Assembly (NCBI GenBank): GCA_963713975.1 | Contig: OY970218.1 | Coordinates: 608,001-672,000, forward strand | From: an uncultured Chloroflexia bacterium | GTDB taxonomy: Bacteria; Chloroflexota; Limnocylindria; Limnocylindrales; CSP1-4 | Length of the DNA stretch: 64,000 nt | Direction of reading: 5' to 3' | In this document: positions 21,211-31,384 of the stretch, one piece after another | Numbering within the stretch: the stretch's first letter is position 1 | Layout: the number at the start of each line of letters is the position of its first letter | The notes under the pieces: model-generated | Told to the model about the DNA's origin: nothing | Seen by the model: only the letters and a program-made list of their open reading frames with translations | Databases searched by the model: none | Translations under genes and position numbers: made by a program

Positions 21211-22520
21211 CCACCGCGGCCGAGTCCCCGATCCTCAGGCGAACCCGCTGGCGCCTCATCGCATGGAGCGCCGGGAGCACGCTGGTCGTACTGGTGGTCC
21301 TCGGGATCGCCATCTACGTGGCGGCCGCGACGAGCCTGGCCGTCGCCGGGACCGCGCAACTCCAGGGCCGGCTCGACCAGCTCTCGGCGACGGGCTTCGA
21401 CCCGGTACCTCTTGGCGGTACGCAGGTCGTTGGTGTCACGTCGGACCCCAGCCAGCCGGGCCTCGTGATCGGAGGCGACGCATCGGGGACGATCGGGATC
21501 GTCCTCGCGCCTGGTGGCGACGGCCTGATGCCTGCCGCCGAGACAGGCGTTGGTGTCATCGCGGGCGACCCCGGTTTGGGCCCGATGATCCTCGACGCGG
21601 AGGCACAGGCCGAGGTGACGGCCGGCGAGACCATCGTGCGCGAGACCACGATCGGGTCCGCGCCGGTGCGCGTCATGGCAGCAGCCGTCCCGGGCCTGAC
21701 CGGGTCTGCGACGGTGATGGTGATGGGAGACAGGTCGGCGGAGGTGGACACACTCCGGACGCTGTTGATCGTGCTCATCGGCGGCGGGTTCGCCGTGCTG
21801 GTGGCGTCGGTCCTGGTCGGCTATGTCTACGCTGGGCGAGCCCTCGTGCCGATCCGCGAGTCACTCGCCCGCCAGCGCGAGTTCGCCGCGGACGCCAGCC
21901 ACGAGCTGCGGACCCCGCTCGCCATCACCCGGGCGGCAATCGCCGCGCTGCGACGCGATCGCAGCGACCCGGTCGCGGTCGAACGGGCGCTGGAGGACAT
22001 GGAGGCAGGCACCGATCGCATGGCGCACCTGGTGGATGACCTGCTGCTGCTCGCCCGGGCGGACGCCGAGACCGTCGAGCTGGTCGTCACGGACACGGAC
22101 CTTGCGCTGGCCGCCGCAGAAGCGACCGAGGCGCTCGAGGCCGTTGCGGCCGCGCGCCGCGTCCGGCTGGTCCTGGACGTCGAACCCGCGCCCGTCCACG
22201 GCGACGAGGCGCGGCTCCGGCAGCTCGCCGGGATCCTGGTGGACAACGCGATCCGGCACTCCCCGGAGCACGGCCGCGTGACCGTCACCGTCCGGGCCGG
22301 GGCGCAGCTGACCGTCGAGGACGAGGGTACCGGCATCGATCCCGAGCACCTGGACAAGGTGTTCGAGCGGTTCTGGCGTGCCCCCAGCGCGCCGGCTGGG
22401 GGCACGGGTCTGGGGCTGGCGATTGCCCGCTGGATCGCGGAGCGCCACGGAGGGTCCGTCCTGGCGGAGAACCGCACCCCGGGGCCCGGCGCCCGGATCC
22501 TGGTGCGAATTCCGGGCTGA
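21207..22520 (+). CDS. sensor histidine kinase
   Basis: two TMs, DASHELRTPL H-box, LVDNAIRH, DEGTGI, GTGLGLAI. Confidence 0.93.
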   Translation: MTTAAESPILRRTRWRLIAWSAGSTLVVLVVLGIAIYVAAATSLAVAGTAQLQGRLDQLSATGFDPVPLGGTQVVGVTSDPSQPGLVIGGDASGTIGIVLAPGGDGLMPAAETGVGVIAGDPGLGPMILDAEAQAEVTAGETIVRETTIGSAPVRVMAAAVPGLTGSATVMVMGDRSAEVDTLRTLLIVLIGGGFAVLVASVLVGYVYAGRALVPIRESLARQREFAADASHELRTPLAITRAAIAALRRDRSDPVAVERALEDMEAGTDRMAHLVDDLLLLARADAETVELVVTDTDLALAAAEATEALEAVAAARRVRLVLDVEPAPVHGDEARLRQLAGILVDNAIRHSPEHGRVTVTVRAGAQLTVEDEGTGIDPEHLDKVFERFWRAPSAPAGGTGLGLAIARWIAERHGGSVLAENRTPGPGARILVRIPG

Positions 22521-22606
22521 CCCGGCTGCCAGGCAGCACGACGTTCGACCCCGTGGTCTCGCCGGCCGGCGCCTCGCGTGCGTGCCGCCCGGGCTACCAT
22601 CGGGAC

Positions 22607-23722
22607 ATGACTGAGCCCGTCTCGGCACCTGCCGACACCCGACCCTACTCCCCGGGCCTCGAGGGCATCGTTGCCGGCGAGACCTCCCTCTCGTTCATCG
22701 ACGGGGAGGCCGGCCGCCTCCTCTACCGGGGGTACCCCATCGGGGAGCTCGTCAAGGGCGGGTCGTACGCGGCGATCACGGAGCTGCTCTGGACCGGCGA
22801 CTGGAACCCGGATGCCAAGCTCCCCTGCGAGCCGGTGCCGGAGGCCGTCATGACGGCCCTCCGCGCGCTGCCATCGACTGCCAGGCCGATGGACGCGCTG
22901 CGCACCGCGGTCTCCGTGTGGGGCGCGATGAACGACCCCGCCTGGCCGCCGACCGCCGAGCAGGCCCGGGCACTGACCGCGTTCTCGCCGTCCGCGCTGG
23001 CCGCCTTCGCCCGGATCCGCCAGGGGCTGGAGCCGGTCGCGCCGGACCCGGACCTGGACCTCGTCCCGGGCTTCCTGTACCAGGTCAACGGCGAGGTGCC
23101 GGACGCCGCAACCGCCCGGGCGCTCGACGCGTACTTCATCGTCGGCGCGGAGCACGGCTTCAACGCCTCGACGTTCACCTGCCGCGTGATCACGTCCACC
23201 CGCTCCGACATCGCCTCCGCCGTGTGCGGGGCGATCGGCGCGATGAAGGGCCCGCTCCACGGTGGCGCCCCGTCCGAGGTCGTGGAGCAGATCCACCAGG
23301 TCGGAACGCCCGACAAGGCCGAGGCGTGGGTCCGCGACGCCATCGACCGCAAGGAACGCCTGATGGGCTTCGGCCATCGCGTATACCGGGCGTACGATCC
23401 GCGTGCCGCGGCGCTGCGCGGGGTCGCCGAGGGCATGGAGCACCGGCCTGAATGGCTCGAGCTCGCGATCGCGGTGGAGGACGTCGCGCTGCGGGTCCTC
23501 GCGGAGAAGTACCCGGACCGGCCGCTGATGACCAACGTCGAGTACTACGCGGCGCCGGTGCTCATGGGCGTCGGGCTCACCCCGGACCTGTTCCCGGCAA
23601 CGTTCGCACTCGCGCGCCACGCCGGCTGGACCGCCCACGCCATCGAGCAGGGCGCCAACAACCGCCTGATCCGGCCGACCGTGAACTACATCGGCGCCGC
23701 AGAGCGCCACCTCCCGGGCTGA
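22607..23722 (+). CDS. citrate/methylcitrate synthase (type I-like)
   Basis: GLEGIVA, LYRGY, EHGFNASTF, GPLHGGA, MGFGHRVY...DPR. Confidence 0.92.
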   Translation: MTEPVSAPADTRPYSPGLEGIVAGETSLSFIDGEAGRLLYRGYPIGELVKGGSYAAITELLWTGDWNPDAKLPCEPVPEAVMTALRALPSTARPMDALRTAVSVWGAMNDPAWPPTAEQARALTAFSPSALAAFARIRQGLEPVAPDPDLDLVPGFLYQVNGEVPDAATARALDAYFIVGAEHGFNASTFTCRVITSTRSDIASAVCGAIGAMKGPLHGGAPSEVVEQIHQVGTPDKAEAWVRDAIDRKERLMGFGHRVYRAYDPRAAALRGVAEGMEHRPEWLELAIAVEDVALRVLAEKYPDRPLMTNVEYYAAPVLMGVGLTPDLFPATFALARHAGWTAHAIEQGANNRLIRPTVNYIGAAERHLPG

Positions 23723-23749
23723 GGGGGCGACGCCGGAGCCTGGCGACGC

Positions 23750-24748
23750 CTAGAGGAATCCGCGCCGGCGGAAGTAGTAGAGGACGCCGGCCAGGATCAC
23801 CACCATCGTGAGGATGATCAGCCAGAACTCGTAGATCGACTCGTCGCCGGGCAGGTCGACGTTCATGCCGCCGATGCTTGCGATCAGGGTCAGCGGCAGC
23901 AGCGCCACGCTGAACGCGGTCAGGATGCGGATCGAGTCGTTCAGCCGGTGGGACAGCACGGACTCGTTCGAGTCCTCGAGCGCCTCGGCGACTTCCTTGT
24001 AGTTCTCGAGGACGTCCCAGATGCGCTCGGCGGCGTCGGTGATGTCGTCGAAGTAGATGTCGAGGTCATCGGCCAGGTAGCGCTGCTTCGTGCGCTCCAG
24101 GTCGCGGAGCACGGCTCGCATCGGCCGCACGACCCGCCGGAAGTTGATGATCTCCTGCTTCGCGTTGGACAGGTCGCGCACGATCTCGGCAGACCGCCCC
24201 TCGAAGATGTCGTCCTCGAGCTGGTCCAGCTTGGCACCCATCTTGCGCAGCATCGGGAACGAGGCGTCGACGCAGGTGTCGACGATCTTGTAGAGCAGGT
24301 ACCCGGTCCCCTTGGAGAAGACGCCGTCGCGGGTCTCGGCGCGAATGCGATACCGCTCGAACATGGCGTTGAGCGGCGGCAGGTTCTGGTCCGGCAGCGT
24401 GATCAGGAAGTCGGGACCCACGAACAGGTCGAGCTCTGCGGTGAGCAGACGGTCCTGCGTCTTGTCGAACACGGGGAAGTGGAGAACGATGAACAGGTAG
24501 TCGTCGTAGGCGTCCAGCTTGGGGCGCTGGTTGCGCGACGCGACGTCCTCGATCGCGAGGGGGTGGAACCCGAACTCCCGCTCCAGCCAGTCGCGATCCG
24601 CCTCCCGCGGCCGCTCCAGGTTCAGCCAGCGCACCTCACCGGACGTGATGACGTCCGGCTCGCCAGCCTCAGCGACGGCGCCGGGGGCACTCGCAGCCGA
24701 ATCGGGTCGCGACCCGCGCAGCCTGGGGCGAGGCAGCAGGTTCGGCAC
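23750..24748 (-). CDS. corA: CorA-family Mg2+ transporter
   Basis: FHPLAIED, QRPKLD, C-terminal TMs with GMN motif; start (GTG at 24748) uncertain. Confidence 0.88.
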   Translation of the reverse strand: MPNLLPRPRLRGSRPDSAASAPGAVAEAGEPDVITSGEVRWLNLERPREADRDWLEREFGFHPLAIEDVASRNQRPKLDAYDDYLFIVLHFPVFDKTQDRLLTAELDLFVGPDFLITLPDQNLPPLNAMFERYRIRAETRDGVFSKGTGYLLYKIVDTCVDASFPMLRKMGAKLDQLEDDIFEGRSAEIVRDLSNAKQEIINFRRVVRPMRAVLRDLERTKQRYLADDLDIYFDDITDAAERIWDVLENYKEVAEALEDSNESVLSHRLNDSIRILTAFSVALLPLTLIASIGGMNVDLPGDESIYEFWLIILTMVVILAGVLYYFRRRGFL

Positions 24749-24924
24749 TTGGAGGGATCCCGGTTCGCATGGCGCGATCCTAGCGCAGCGGGACGCATCG
24801 TGGTGGCGTCGGATCGCGCCACGATCCCCGGGATGCGCCACGGACGCCGCCCGGGTCGTCGGTGCGTGCGGGATCCACCGCTCGCGGTTGCACGAATCGC
24901 AGACCCGGGCGATCCTACCGCCCG

Positions 24925-26526
24925 ATGCCCGAATTGCCCCCCGAACCACGATCCGGCGCGCCCCGGTACCTCCTCCTCAACGCCATCTTCCCGGGCCTCG
25001 GGCACCTGGTCGCCGGGCGCCGCGCGTGGGCCCTGGCCCTCGCCCTGCCCTTCCTCGTGCTGCTGGCGGTCGGCCTGATCGCCGTGGCCACGGGCGGCGT
25101 CACGTCGCTTGCCGCCCGGACGTTCGATCCCATCGTCCTTGGTGGCGTGCTGGCACTGGAGGCGTTCCTCCTGCTGTGGCGGCTGGCCGCGCTCGGAGCG
25201 GTTCGCGTGATCACGCCGATCCTGCCCACGGCCACGACCTTCGCCGCGGGGATCATCGCCATCGCGATCATCATCGGTCCGCAGCTCTACGTGGCCGGGA
25301 TCACGCTCGACGCGCGTGATGCGGCGGTGGAGGTGTTCCAGCCCGTGGCCGACGGCGGCGCCTGGGTCCCCGACGCGAGCGCGCCGCCGGTGACAGCCAA
25401 CGATCCTGACTTCGCCGTGGACCCCGGCCCCGGTGAGTCCACGGATCCGTCGGCGGGAGCGTCCGCCTCGCCGTCGGTCTCGCCTACGCCGGGGGTGCCG
25501 CGTGTCAACGTCCTGCTGATCGGGGTGGACTCCGGCGTCGGCCGCAACACCGCCCTCACGGACACGATGATCGTGGCCTCCCTGGATCCGGTCGGCGAGA
25601 CCGTCTCGATGGTGTCGATCCCGCGCGACATGGTGGACGTCCCGCTCCCGGACGGGCGCAAGTACCGGGGCAAGATCAACGGCCTGGTCTCGTACGCCCG
25701 GTGGCACCCGGGCAAGTTCCCCGGCGCGAAGGACGGCCAGTCCGTGCTCACCGCGGCGCTGGGCGAGCTGCTCCAGATCAAGATCGACTACTGGGCGCAG
25801 GTGAACCTGGGCGGGTTCGTGTACCTCGTGGATTCCGTCGGCGGCGTGAACGTCAACGTCACTGACGGCTTCTGCGACTACCGGTACAAGGAGTACGGCA
25901 TCAAGGGCTTCAACATCACGCCCGGCCGGTACCACTTCGATGGCGAGCACGCCCTCGCCTATGCCCGGGTGCGCAAGGCTGCGGGCGAGAGCGACTTCAC
26001 GCGGGCGGGCCGCCAGCAGGAGGTCATCGCGGCGCTGCGCGACCGGATCGTGAAGGGCGGCCTGCTGGAGAACCCCGGCAAGTTCCTCAAGGGCATCGGC
26101 CAGACGATCCAGACCAACGTCAAGCCGGGTGTGATCGCGGACTACATCGACGTCGCGAGCAAGGTCGGCCGGAAGGACACGTTCCGGGTCGTCATCAACC
26201 ATCCGCTCGTGCGCAGCGGCTACGACGAACGCGGCTCCATCCAGCTCCCCAACCTCAAGCGGATCCGGGCGCTGGCCGCCGGTCTGTTCACGGAGCCGGG
26301 TGTGCGGCCCGTGGGCTACCCGACGATGCCGGCCGCGGGGTCGGGGCCCACGAGGTCGGCCTCGAGCTCCAGCACCTGCGGCATCAAGCCCACGCCGAAG
26401 CCGACGCCCAAGCCGACCGCGAAGCCCAAGCCCCCCAAGGCGACGCCCAAGCCCACGATGACGCCGGCGACACCAACGCCGACGCCGACGCCCGAGCAAA
26501 CGCCGGAGCCCACAGCTACGCCGTGA
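24925..26526 (+). CDS. LytR-CpsA-Psr (LCP) family protein
   Basis: N-terminal TMs, NVLLIGVD, TDTMIV, SIPRD, ALAYARVR, DFTRAGRQQ; Pro/Thr/Lys tail. Confidence 0.92.
   Translation: MPELPPEPRSGAPRYLLLNAIFPGLGHLVAGRRAWALALALPFLVLLAVGLIAVATGGVTSLAARTFDPIVLGGVLALEAFLLLWRLAALGAVRVITPILPTATTFAAGIIAIAIIIGPQLYVAGITLDARDAAVEVFQPVADGGAWVPDASAPPVTANDPDFAVDPGPGESTDPSAGASASPSVSPTPGVPRVNVLLIGVDSGVGRNTALTDTMIVASLDPVGETVSMVSIPRDMVDVPLPDGRKYRGKINGLVSYARWHPGKFPGAKDGQSVLTAALGELLQIKIDYWAQVNLGGFVYLVDSVGGVNVNVTDGFCDYRYKEYGIKGFNITPGRYHFDGEHALAYARVRKAAGESDFTRAGRQQEVIAALRDRIVKGGLLENPGKFLKGIGQTIQTNVKPGVIADYIDVASKVGRKDTFRVVINHPLVRSGYDERGSIQLPNLKRIRALAAGLFTEPGVRPVGYPTMPAAGSGPTRSASSSSTCGIKPTPKPTPKPTAKPKPPKATPKPTMTPATPTPTPTPEQTPEPTATP
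26386..26523 (+). repeat. low-complexity KPTP/TP coding repeat at the LCP C-terminus
   Basis: KPTPKPTPKPTAKPKPPKATPKPT...TPTPTPTPEQTPEPTATP. Confidence 0.7.
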
Positions 26527-26566
26527 CCGCGGCCACCGGCCTGCCGACCGGGATTGGCGCCCTGTC

Positions 26567-27976
26567 TCAAGGATCCGGCGCAGCCTCTCTCGTCGCCCGG
26601 TAGGCCGCCAGCGCACGCGCCCGTGCCTCGGGATGGTCCACGATCGGCGCCGGATAGTCCGTCCCGATCCGGACTCCGGCAGCCGCCATCGCCTCCGTGC
26701 CGAGCATCCAGGGCTCGTGCACCGCGCCACCCGCGATGCCGCGCAGCTCGGGCACCCAGCGGCGGACGTAGTCGCCGTCCGGATCAAACCGGCGGGCCTG
26801 CAGCGTCGGGTTGAAGACGCGGAACCAGGGCTGCGGATCCGTGCCGGTGCCCGCGGTCCACTGCCAGCCACCGTTGTTGGACGCGAGGTCGCCATCCGTC
26901 AGGTGGCGCATGAACTCGGCCTCACCGAGCCGGTAGTCCAGGAGCAGGTGCTTGGTGAGGAACGAGGCCGCGATCATCCGGGCGCGATTGTGGACGAAGC
27001 CCGTGGCGCGCAGCTGGCGCATCGCCGCGTCCACCACCGGGTAGCCGGTCCGGCCGTCGCCCCATGCCTCGAAGGCCACGGGGTCGTCACCCCACGGGAT
27101 GGCGGCGAGCGCCGCCCGGAAGGGTCCCGTCGCGACCTGCGGGTGGTGCCACAGGACGTGGGCGTAGAACTCGCGCCACACGATCTCGGACACGAACACC
27201 CGGCGGCCGTCGCCCGACCCCTCGGCACGGTCCACGATCTCCACGGGCGACAGGAGGCCCCACCGCAGGTCCTGGCTCAGCCGGGAGGTGCCCTCGACGT
27301 CCATACGATTGCGGTGCGCGGCGTACTCCCCCACCCCGGCGTCCAGCCACGCCGCCAGCCGGGCGCGAGCGGCCCGCTCGCCGGGCTCCGGGATCAGCTC
27401 CGGGTCCGCCGTCGGCCGGCCGAGGTCCGGGATCGGGTCGGGGCTGGCGCCGGGCGGTCCGGGCACACGATCCGGCGCGGGCAGGATCGGTCGCCGGGCT
27501 CGTGCCTCCCACGCACGGCGGAATGGGCCGTAGACGACGTAGGGTCGCCCGTCCCTCGTGAGCACCTCGTCCGGCTCGTGCAGGTACAGGCCGGTACATG
27601 CATGCACCTCGACACCGGCGTCCGCAAGCCTGGCGGCGACCTCACGATCCCGGCGCCGGCCATAGGGTGTGGCGTCGCGGGTCAGGTACACGTCGCCCGC
27701 CCCGGTCTCCCGGGCGAGCGCCGGAAGGACGTCGGCGGGGCGGCCCCGCAGCACCTTCAGCGCGGCGCCTCGCGTGTCGAGCTCCCGAGACAGCGCCGCG
27801 ACGCTCTGGCGCATGAACCACAGGCGGTTCGGCGCCGGCCATCGACCGCCCAGCAGGGCATCGTCGAGGACGAACACCGGGATGACGCGGTCCGCCGCCG
27901 CGACGGCGGCTGCGAGAGCCGGGTGATCGTGGACGCGCAGGTCGCGTCGGAACCAGACGATGGCAGTGGTCGACAT
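26567..27976 (-). CDS. phrB: deoxyribodipyrimidine (CPD) photolyase
   Basis: WFRRDLRVHDHPAL, TSRLS, WREFY, GRTGYPVVDAAMRQL, HNRARM, NNGGWQW, FRVFNP. Confidence 0.93.
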   Translation of the reverse strand: MSTTAIVWFRRDLRVHDHPALAAAVAAADRVIPVFVLDDALLGGRWPAPNRLWFMRQSVAALSRELDTRGAALKVLRGRPADVLPALARETGAGDVYLTRDATPYGRRRDREVAARLADAGVEVHACTGLYLHEPDEVLTRDGRPYVVYGPFRRAWEARARRPILPAPDRVPGPPGASPDPIPDLGRPTADPELIPEPGERAARARLAAWLDAGVGEYAAHRNRMDVEGTSRLSQDLRWGLLSPVEIVDRAEGSGDGRRVFVSEIVWREFYAHVLWHHPQVATGPFRAALAAIPWGDDPVAFEAWGDGRTGYPVVDAAMRQLRATGFVHNRARMIAASFLTKHLLLDYRLGEAEFMRHLTDGDLASNNGGWQWTAGTGTDPQPWFRVFNPTLQARRFDPDGDYVRRWVPELRGIAGGAVHEPWMLGTEAMAAAGVRIGTDYPAPIVDHPEARARALAAYRATREAAPDP

Positions 27977-28045
27977 GCCCCTTCTTCGTGCGACGCGCGG
28001 TTTCGGACGCCCGCAGGCCATGACGCCGAGGGCATGATGCGCGGG

Positions 28046-28585
28046 ATGAGAGCGCCGCTCGAGATCGCCGTCCGTGATCCCTGCCTCGTCGTGCTGGTTG
28101 GCGCAGCCGGCGCGGGCAAGTCGACGTTCGCCGGCCGCCACTTCGCACCGGACGAGGTGCTCTCGTCAGATGCGTTCCGAGAGCTCGTGTCAGGCGATCC
28201 CGCCGACCAGCGGGCAACCCGACCCGCGTTCGCCGCTCTCCACCGGGCCCTGGCAATCCGGTTGGACGGAGGCAGGTTGACCGTGGTGGATGCCACCAAC
28301 GTCACGCCGGCCGCCCGGGCGGCCCTGTTGCGCGTTGCGGCGACGGCGGGCGTGCCGGCGATGGCCATCGTGCTGGACCCGCCGTCGGACCTGGTGCTCA
28401 CCCGTAACGCCGGACGACCAGACCGGGTCGTGCCGGCCGATACCGTCGAGCATCACCTGCGGCAGCTGGCGGTCGCAGCGGCGGGCGGCCGGCTCGAGCG
28501 CGAGGGGTTCGACCCCGTGGTCAGGCTGACCGAGCCCGCGTCTGTGGATGCGGTCCGGATCGTCCGGGTACACGGTGGGCGCTGA
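28046..28585 (+). CDS. AAA_33 P-loop kinase (polynucleotide-kinase-like domain only)
   Basis: GAAGAGKSTFA, LSSD.FR, VVDATN; 179 aa. Confidence 0.8.
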   Translation: MRAPLEIAVRDPCLVVLVGAAGAGKSTFAGRHFAPDEVLSSDAFRELVSGDPADQRATRPAFAALHRALAIRLDGGRLTVVDATNVTPAARAALLRVAATAGVPAMAIVLDPPSDLVLTRNAGRPDRVVPADTVEHHLRQLAVAAAGGRLEREGFDPVVRLTEPASVDAVRIVRVHGGR

Positions 28586-28629
28586 GCGCGGTCGCTGATC
28601 CCAGCCCGACTGCGGGGCCTCGGGCCGCC

Positions 28630-28947
28630 CTACCCGGCGGCGTCCAGCGAGACGCGAACGAAGGGCTTCGCCCGCAGCTCCACCCACACGCCCTGCTGCA
28701 TGTAGATGTCCTGACGGGCGATCTCGATGGCAGCCGTCTCGTCCTCGGCGCGGACCATCAGCAGGGAGCCGGCCATGTCGATCCAGGCGCCGGCCTCGAT
28801 CACGATCCCGGCCGACTTGAGCCCCGCCAGTCGGGCCAGATGGGCGGCGCGGAACGGGGCACGTGTCTCCGCGGCATCCGGGGCGTAGGTGGCCTGGATC
28901 AGCCAGACGGTCTCCAGGGAGGCGGCCGGCGCGGCGGTATCGGTCAC
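28630..28947 (-). CDS. YciI-family protein
   Basis: RAAHLARL...AGA...GSLL...DIY motif; GGAG RBS. Confidence 0.8.
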   Translation of the reverse strand: MTDTAAPAASLETVWLIQATYAPDAAETRAPFRAAHLARLAGLKSAGIVIEAGAWIDMAGSLLMVRAEDETAAIEIARQDIYMQQGVWVELRAKPFVRVSLDAAG

Positions 28948-29029
28948 GGGATCTCCAAGTACGGAACCGGACGGTCGTAGCTGCTGGACAGGTTACCGGG
29001 CTGCGGACACAAGGCAACGAGACGACCGA

Positions 29030-29285
29030 CACCTGGTGGTCGCGCCCACGGTGACGCGCAGGGTTACGGGAGTCGCCATCGAACGTCACGATCGAGGTCA
29101 CGACGCCGACGTCGCCGAGGCCCTCGACGACGCGACTCTTGATGTCGGGTCGCTACCCTCGGCCCGGATCATCGTTGCGATGACGTCGGCGGCGGTACGA
29201 GGGGATCGGCGCCGCGTCGTCGGCCGAGGCAATCGCGGTCGCGTCGGGCACGAGCGGCGCGATCTCGTCCGCCGTGAGGAGGGCT
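29030..29285 (-). pseudogene. degraded remnant of a (lipo)protein gene
   Basis: high-GC3 coding-like fragments in shifting frames: LLTADEIAPLVPDATAIASADD / ADVIATMIRAEGSDP / IKSRVVEGLGDVGVVTSIVTF. Confidence 0.35.
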
Positions 29286-29389
29286 CAGGCGACGACTGGC
29301 CCGGCAGCGTCAGGTGGGGCTGTTGGCGCGGCGGTCCCCCCCCCGCGGCGGCGGTCCGGGGGTGGAGCAGGGACCGCTGAGAATCCCCC

Positions 29390-29436
29390 TTGCGCTTCCC
29401 GTCCGCCGTGCTATTCTCACTTTGTTGGTCGATATA
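29390..29436 (+). promoter_or_regulatory. sigma70-type promoter (TTGCGC-16-TATTCT, TGn-extended) overlapped by a putative Rrf2 operator
   Basis: TATTCTCACTTTGTTGGTCGATATA, an AT-rich imperfect palindrome whose reverse strand has the GAC-N6-AGT core of IscR/CymR-type boxes. Confidence 0.55.
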
Positions 29437-29465
29437 CGGCGGAAAGTCGAGAAGGCGGAGGGCAC

Positions 29466-30560
29466 ATGATCCGACACCCGAACCGTGGGGTGCTCGTGTT
29501 GGTCGCGGCGCTCCTGGTCGCGGCCTGCGGCGGCAGCACCACCGCGGCCGATGGGCAGTCGGCCCCCTCGTCCACGGAGGCTGTCGGCGGCGTCCCCGGC
29601 GTGCTCGACGACCCCGTCACCGTCCGTTTCGGTGTCTTCCCCAACATCACGCATGCGCCGGGTCTCGTCGAGCTCGCTGACGGGGGCCAGCTGGTCAGGC
29701 TCCTCCCAAAGGCGAACATCGAGGTCACGCCGTTCAGCACGGGCACCAAGGCCGTCGAGGCCATGTTCGCCGACGCCATCGACATCACCTTCATCGGTCC
29801 CAACCCGGCCATCAACGCGTACTCGCAGTCAAAGGGCGAGGCCGTCCGGGTGATCTCCGGCTCGACGTCGGGCGGGGCCTTCCTCGTCGTCCGGCCCGAC
29901 ATCAGGTCCGCCGCAGATCTCAAGGGAACGACGATCGCCAGCCCGTCGCTCGGCAACACGCAGGATGTCGCCCTTCGGGCATGGCTCAAGGACCAGGGCC
30001 TGGCGACGGACACCGCAGGCGGCGGCGACGTCGCGATCGTGCCCCAGGAGAACGCCCAGACGCTGGAGACCTTCATCGCGGGCACGATCGACGGTGCCTG
30101 GGTCCCCGAGCCCTGGGCGACGCGCCTTGTCCAGGAGGCGGGCGCGACCATCCTGGTGGATGAGCGCGACCTGTGGCCCGATGGCAGGTACGTGACGACC
30201 CACCTGATGGTCGCCGCGAAGTTCCTGGACGAGCACCCGGACGTCGTCCGGCGCATCCTGCTGGCCACGATCCAGGCCGTTGACTTCGTCAACGAGAACC
30301 CGGACCAGGCGCAGACCATCGTCAATGCGGAGATCGAGAAGTTCTCCACGAAGAAGCTGGGCGAGGACCTGCTCAAGGCCGCGTGGGGCAACCTCACGTT
30401 CACGGTCGATCCCGTGGCCTCATCGCTCCAGGCGTCCGCCGATGACGCCCAGTCCCTCGGGCTGCTGAAGGGTCCGGGCGACCTTGCCGGCCTCTACGAC
30501 CTTGCGCCGCTCAACGAGATCCTCAAGGCGCTGGACAAGCCGGAGGTGGCGGGGCTGTGA
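29466..30560 (+). CDS. aliphatic sulfonate/nitrate-type ABC substrate-binding lipoprotein (SsuA-like)
   Basis: lipobox VAAC, FPNITHAP, IGPNPAIN, PSLGNTQDVALR, WVPEPW. Confidence 0.88.
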   Translation: MIRHPNRGVLVLVAALLVAACGGSTTAADGQSAPSSTEAVGGVPGVLDDPVTVRFGVFPNITHAPGLVELADGGQLVRLLPKANIEVTPFSTGTKAVEAMFADAIDITFIGPNPAINAYSQSKGEAVRVISGSTSGGAFLVVRPDIRSAADLKGTTIASPSLGNTQDVALRAWLKDQGLATDTAGGGDVAIVPQENAQTLETFIAGTIDGAWVPEPWATRLVQEAGATILVDERDLWPDGRYVTTHLMVAAKFLDEHPDVVRRILLATIQAVDFVNENPDQAQTIVNAEIEKFSTKKLGEDLLKAAWGNLTFTVDPVASSLQASADDAQSLGLLKGPGDLAGLYDLAPLNEILKALDKPEVAGL

Positions 30561-31384
30561 GCGTCCTGACCGCTCTGCGACGCGAGGCGCCCGCGGACAT
30601 CCATGTCGTCCCCGGTGGTGTCGGCCATGAGGCCGCCGGCGATCGGGTCACGGTCCTCATCGACGGCGTCAGCAAGGTCTTCCCGGCGGGTGCCGGGAGC
30701 GTCATCGCCCTGGAGGACATCTCGCTCACCGTGCACGAGGGCGAGTTCGTGTCGATCCTCGGCGCCTCGGGGTGCGGCAAGTCCACGCTGCTCAACCTGG
30801 TCGCCGGGCTGGACAGGCCGACGAGCGGGTCCGTGCACCGGGCCGGCGAGCCATCGTTCATGTTCCAGGAAGCGGCCCTCTTCCCGTGGCTCAGCGTGGA
30901 ACGCAACGTGGAGCTGCCGCTCAAGCTCCGCAAGCTCCCCAAGGGCGAGCGCCACGACCGGGTCGCCGAGCTGCTGGAGCTCGTCCAGCTCACGGCCTTC
31001 GCGGGGCGCCAGCCGCACGAGCTCTCCGGCGGCATGCGCCAGCGGGCCGCCCTCGCCCGGGCGCTGGCCCGGGATGCCGAGGTCCTCCTGATGGACGAGC
31101 CGTTCGGTGCGCTCGACGCCATGACCCGCGACATCCTGCACGACGAGCTGGAGCGGATCTGGCAGGCGACCGGCAGCACGATCCTGTTCGTCACCCACAA
31201 CGTTCGCGAGGCGGCCCGGCTGGGCGACCGGATCGTCCTGCTCACGAGCCGCCCCGGCCGGGTCGCCGAGGAGTTCCGCGTGGACATCCCTCGTCCGCGA
31301 CGGATCGAGGACCCGGATGTCGCAGCCCTCGCGGCGGTCGTGACCGCCCGGCTGCGCGAGGAGGTCGCCCGCCATGGCCGCTGA
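30557..31384 (+). CDS. SsuB/TauB-like ABC ATPase
   Basis: GASGCGKST, LFPWL, LSGGMRQR, MDEPFGALD. Confidence 0.92.
   Translation: MSVLTALRREAPADIHVVPGGVGHEAAGDRVTVLIDGVSKVFPAGAGSVIALEDISLTVHEGEFVSILGASGCGKSTLLNLVAGLDRPTSGSVHRAGEPSFMFQEAALFPWLSVERNVELPLKLRKLPKGERHDRVAELLELVQLTAFAGRQPHELSGGMRQRAALARALARDAEVLLMDEPFGALDAMTRDILHDELERIWQATGSTILFVTHNVREAARLGDRIVLLTSRPGRVAEEFRVDIPRPRRIEDPDVAALAAVVTARLREEVARHGR

Noticed and set aside
22540-22556. GTTCGACCCC T-loop-like motif (also near 28507)
   Set aside because: No surrounding cloverleaf or acceptor stem.
23530-23550. Citrate synthase catalytic Asp replaced by Glu (TNVEYY)
   Set aside because: An NVE variant is known in actinobacterial-type CitA enzymes, so it is neither evidence of inactivation nor of novelty.
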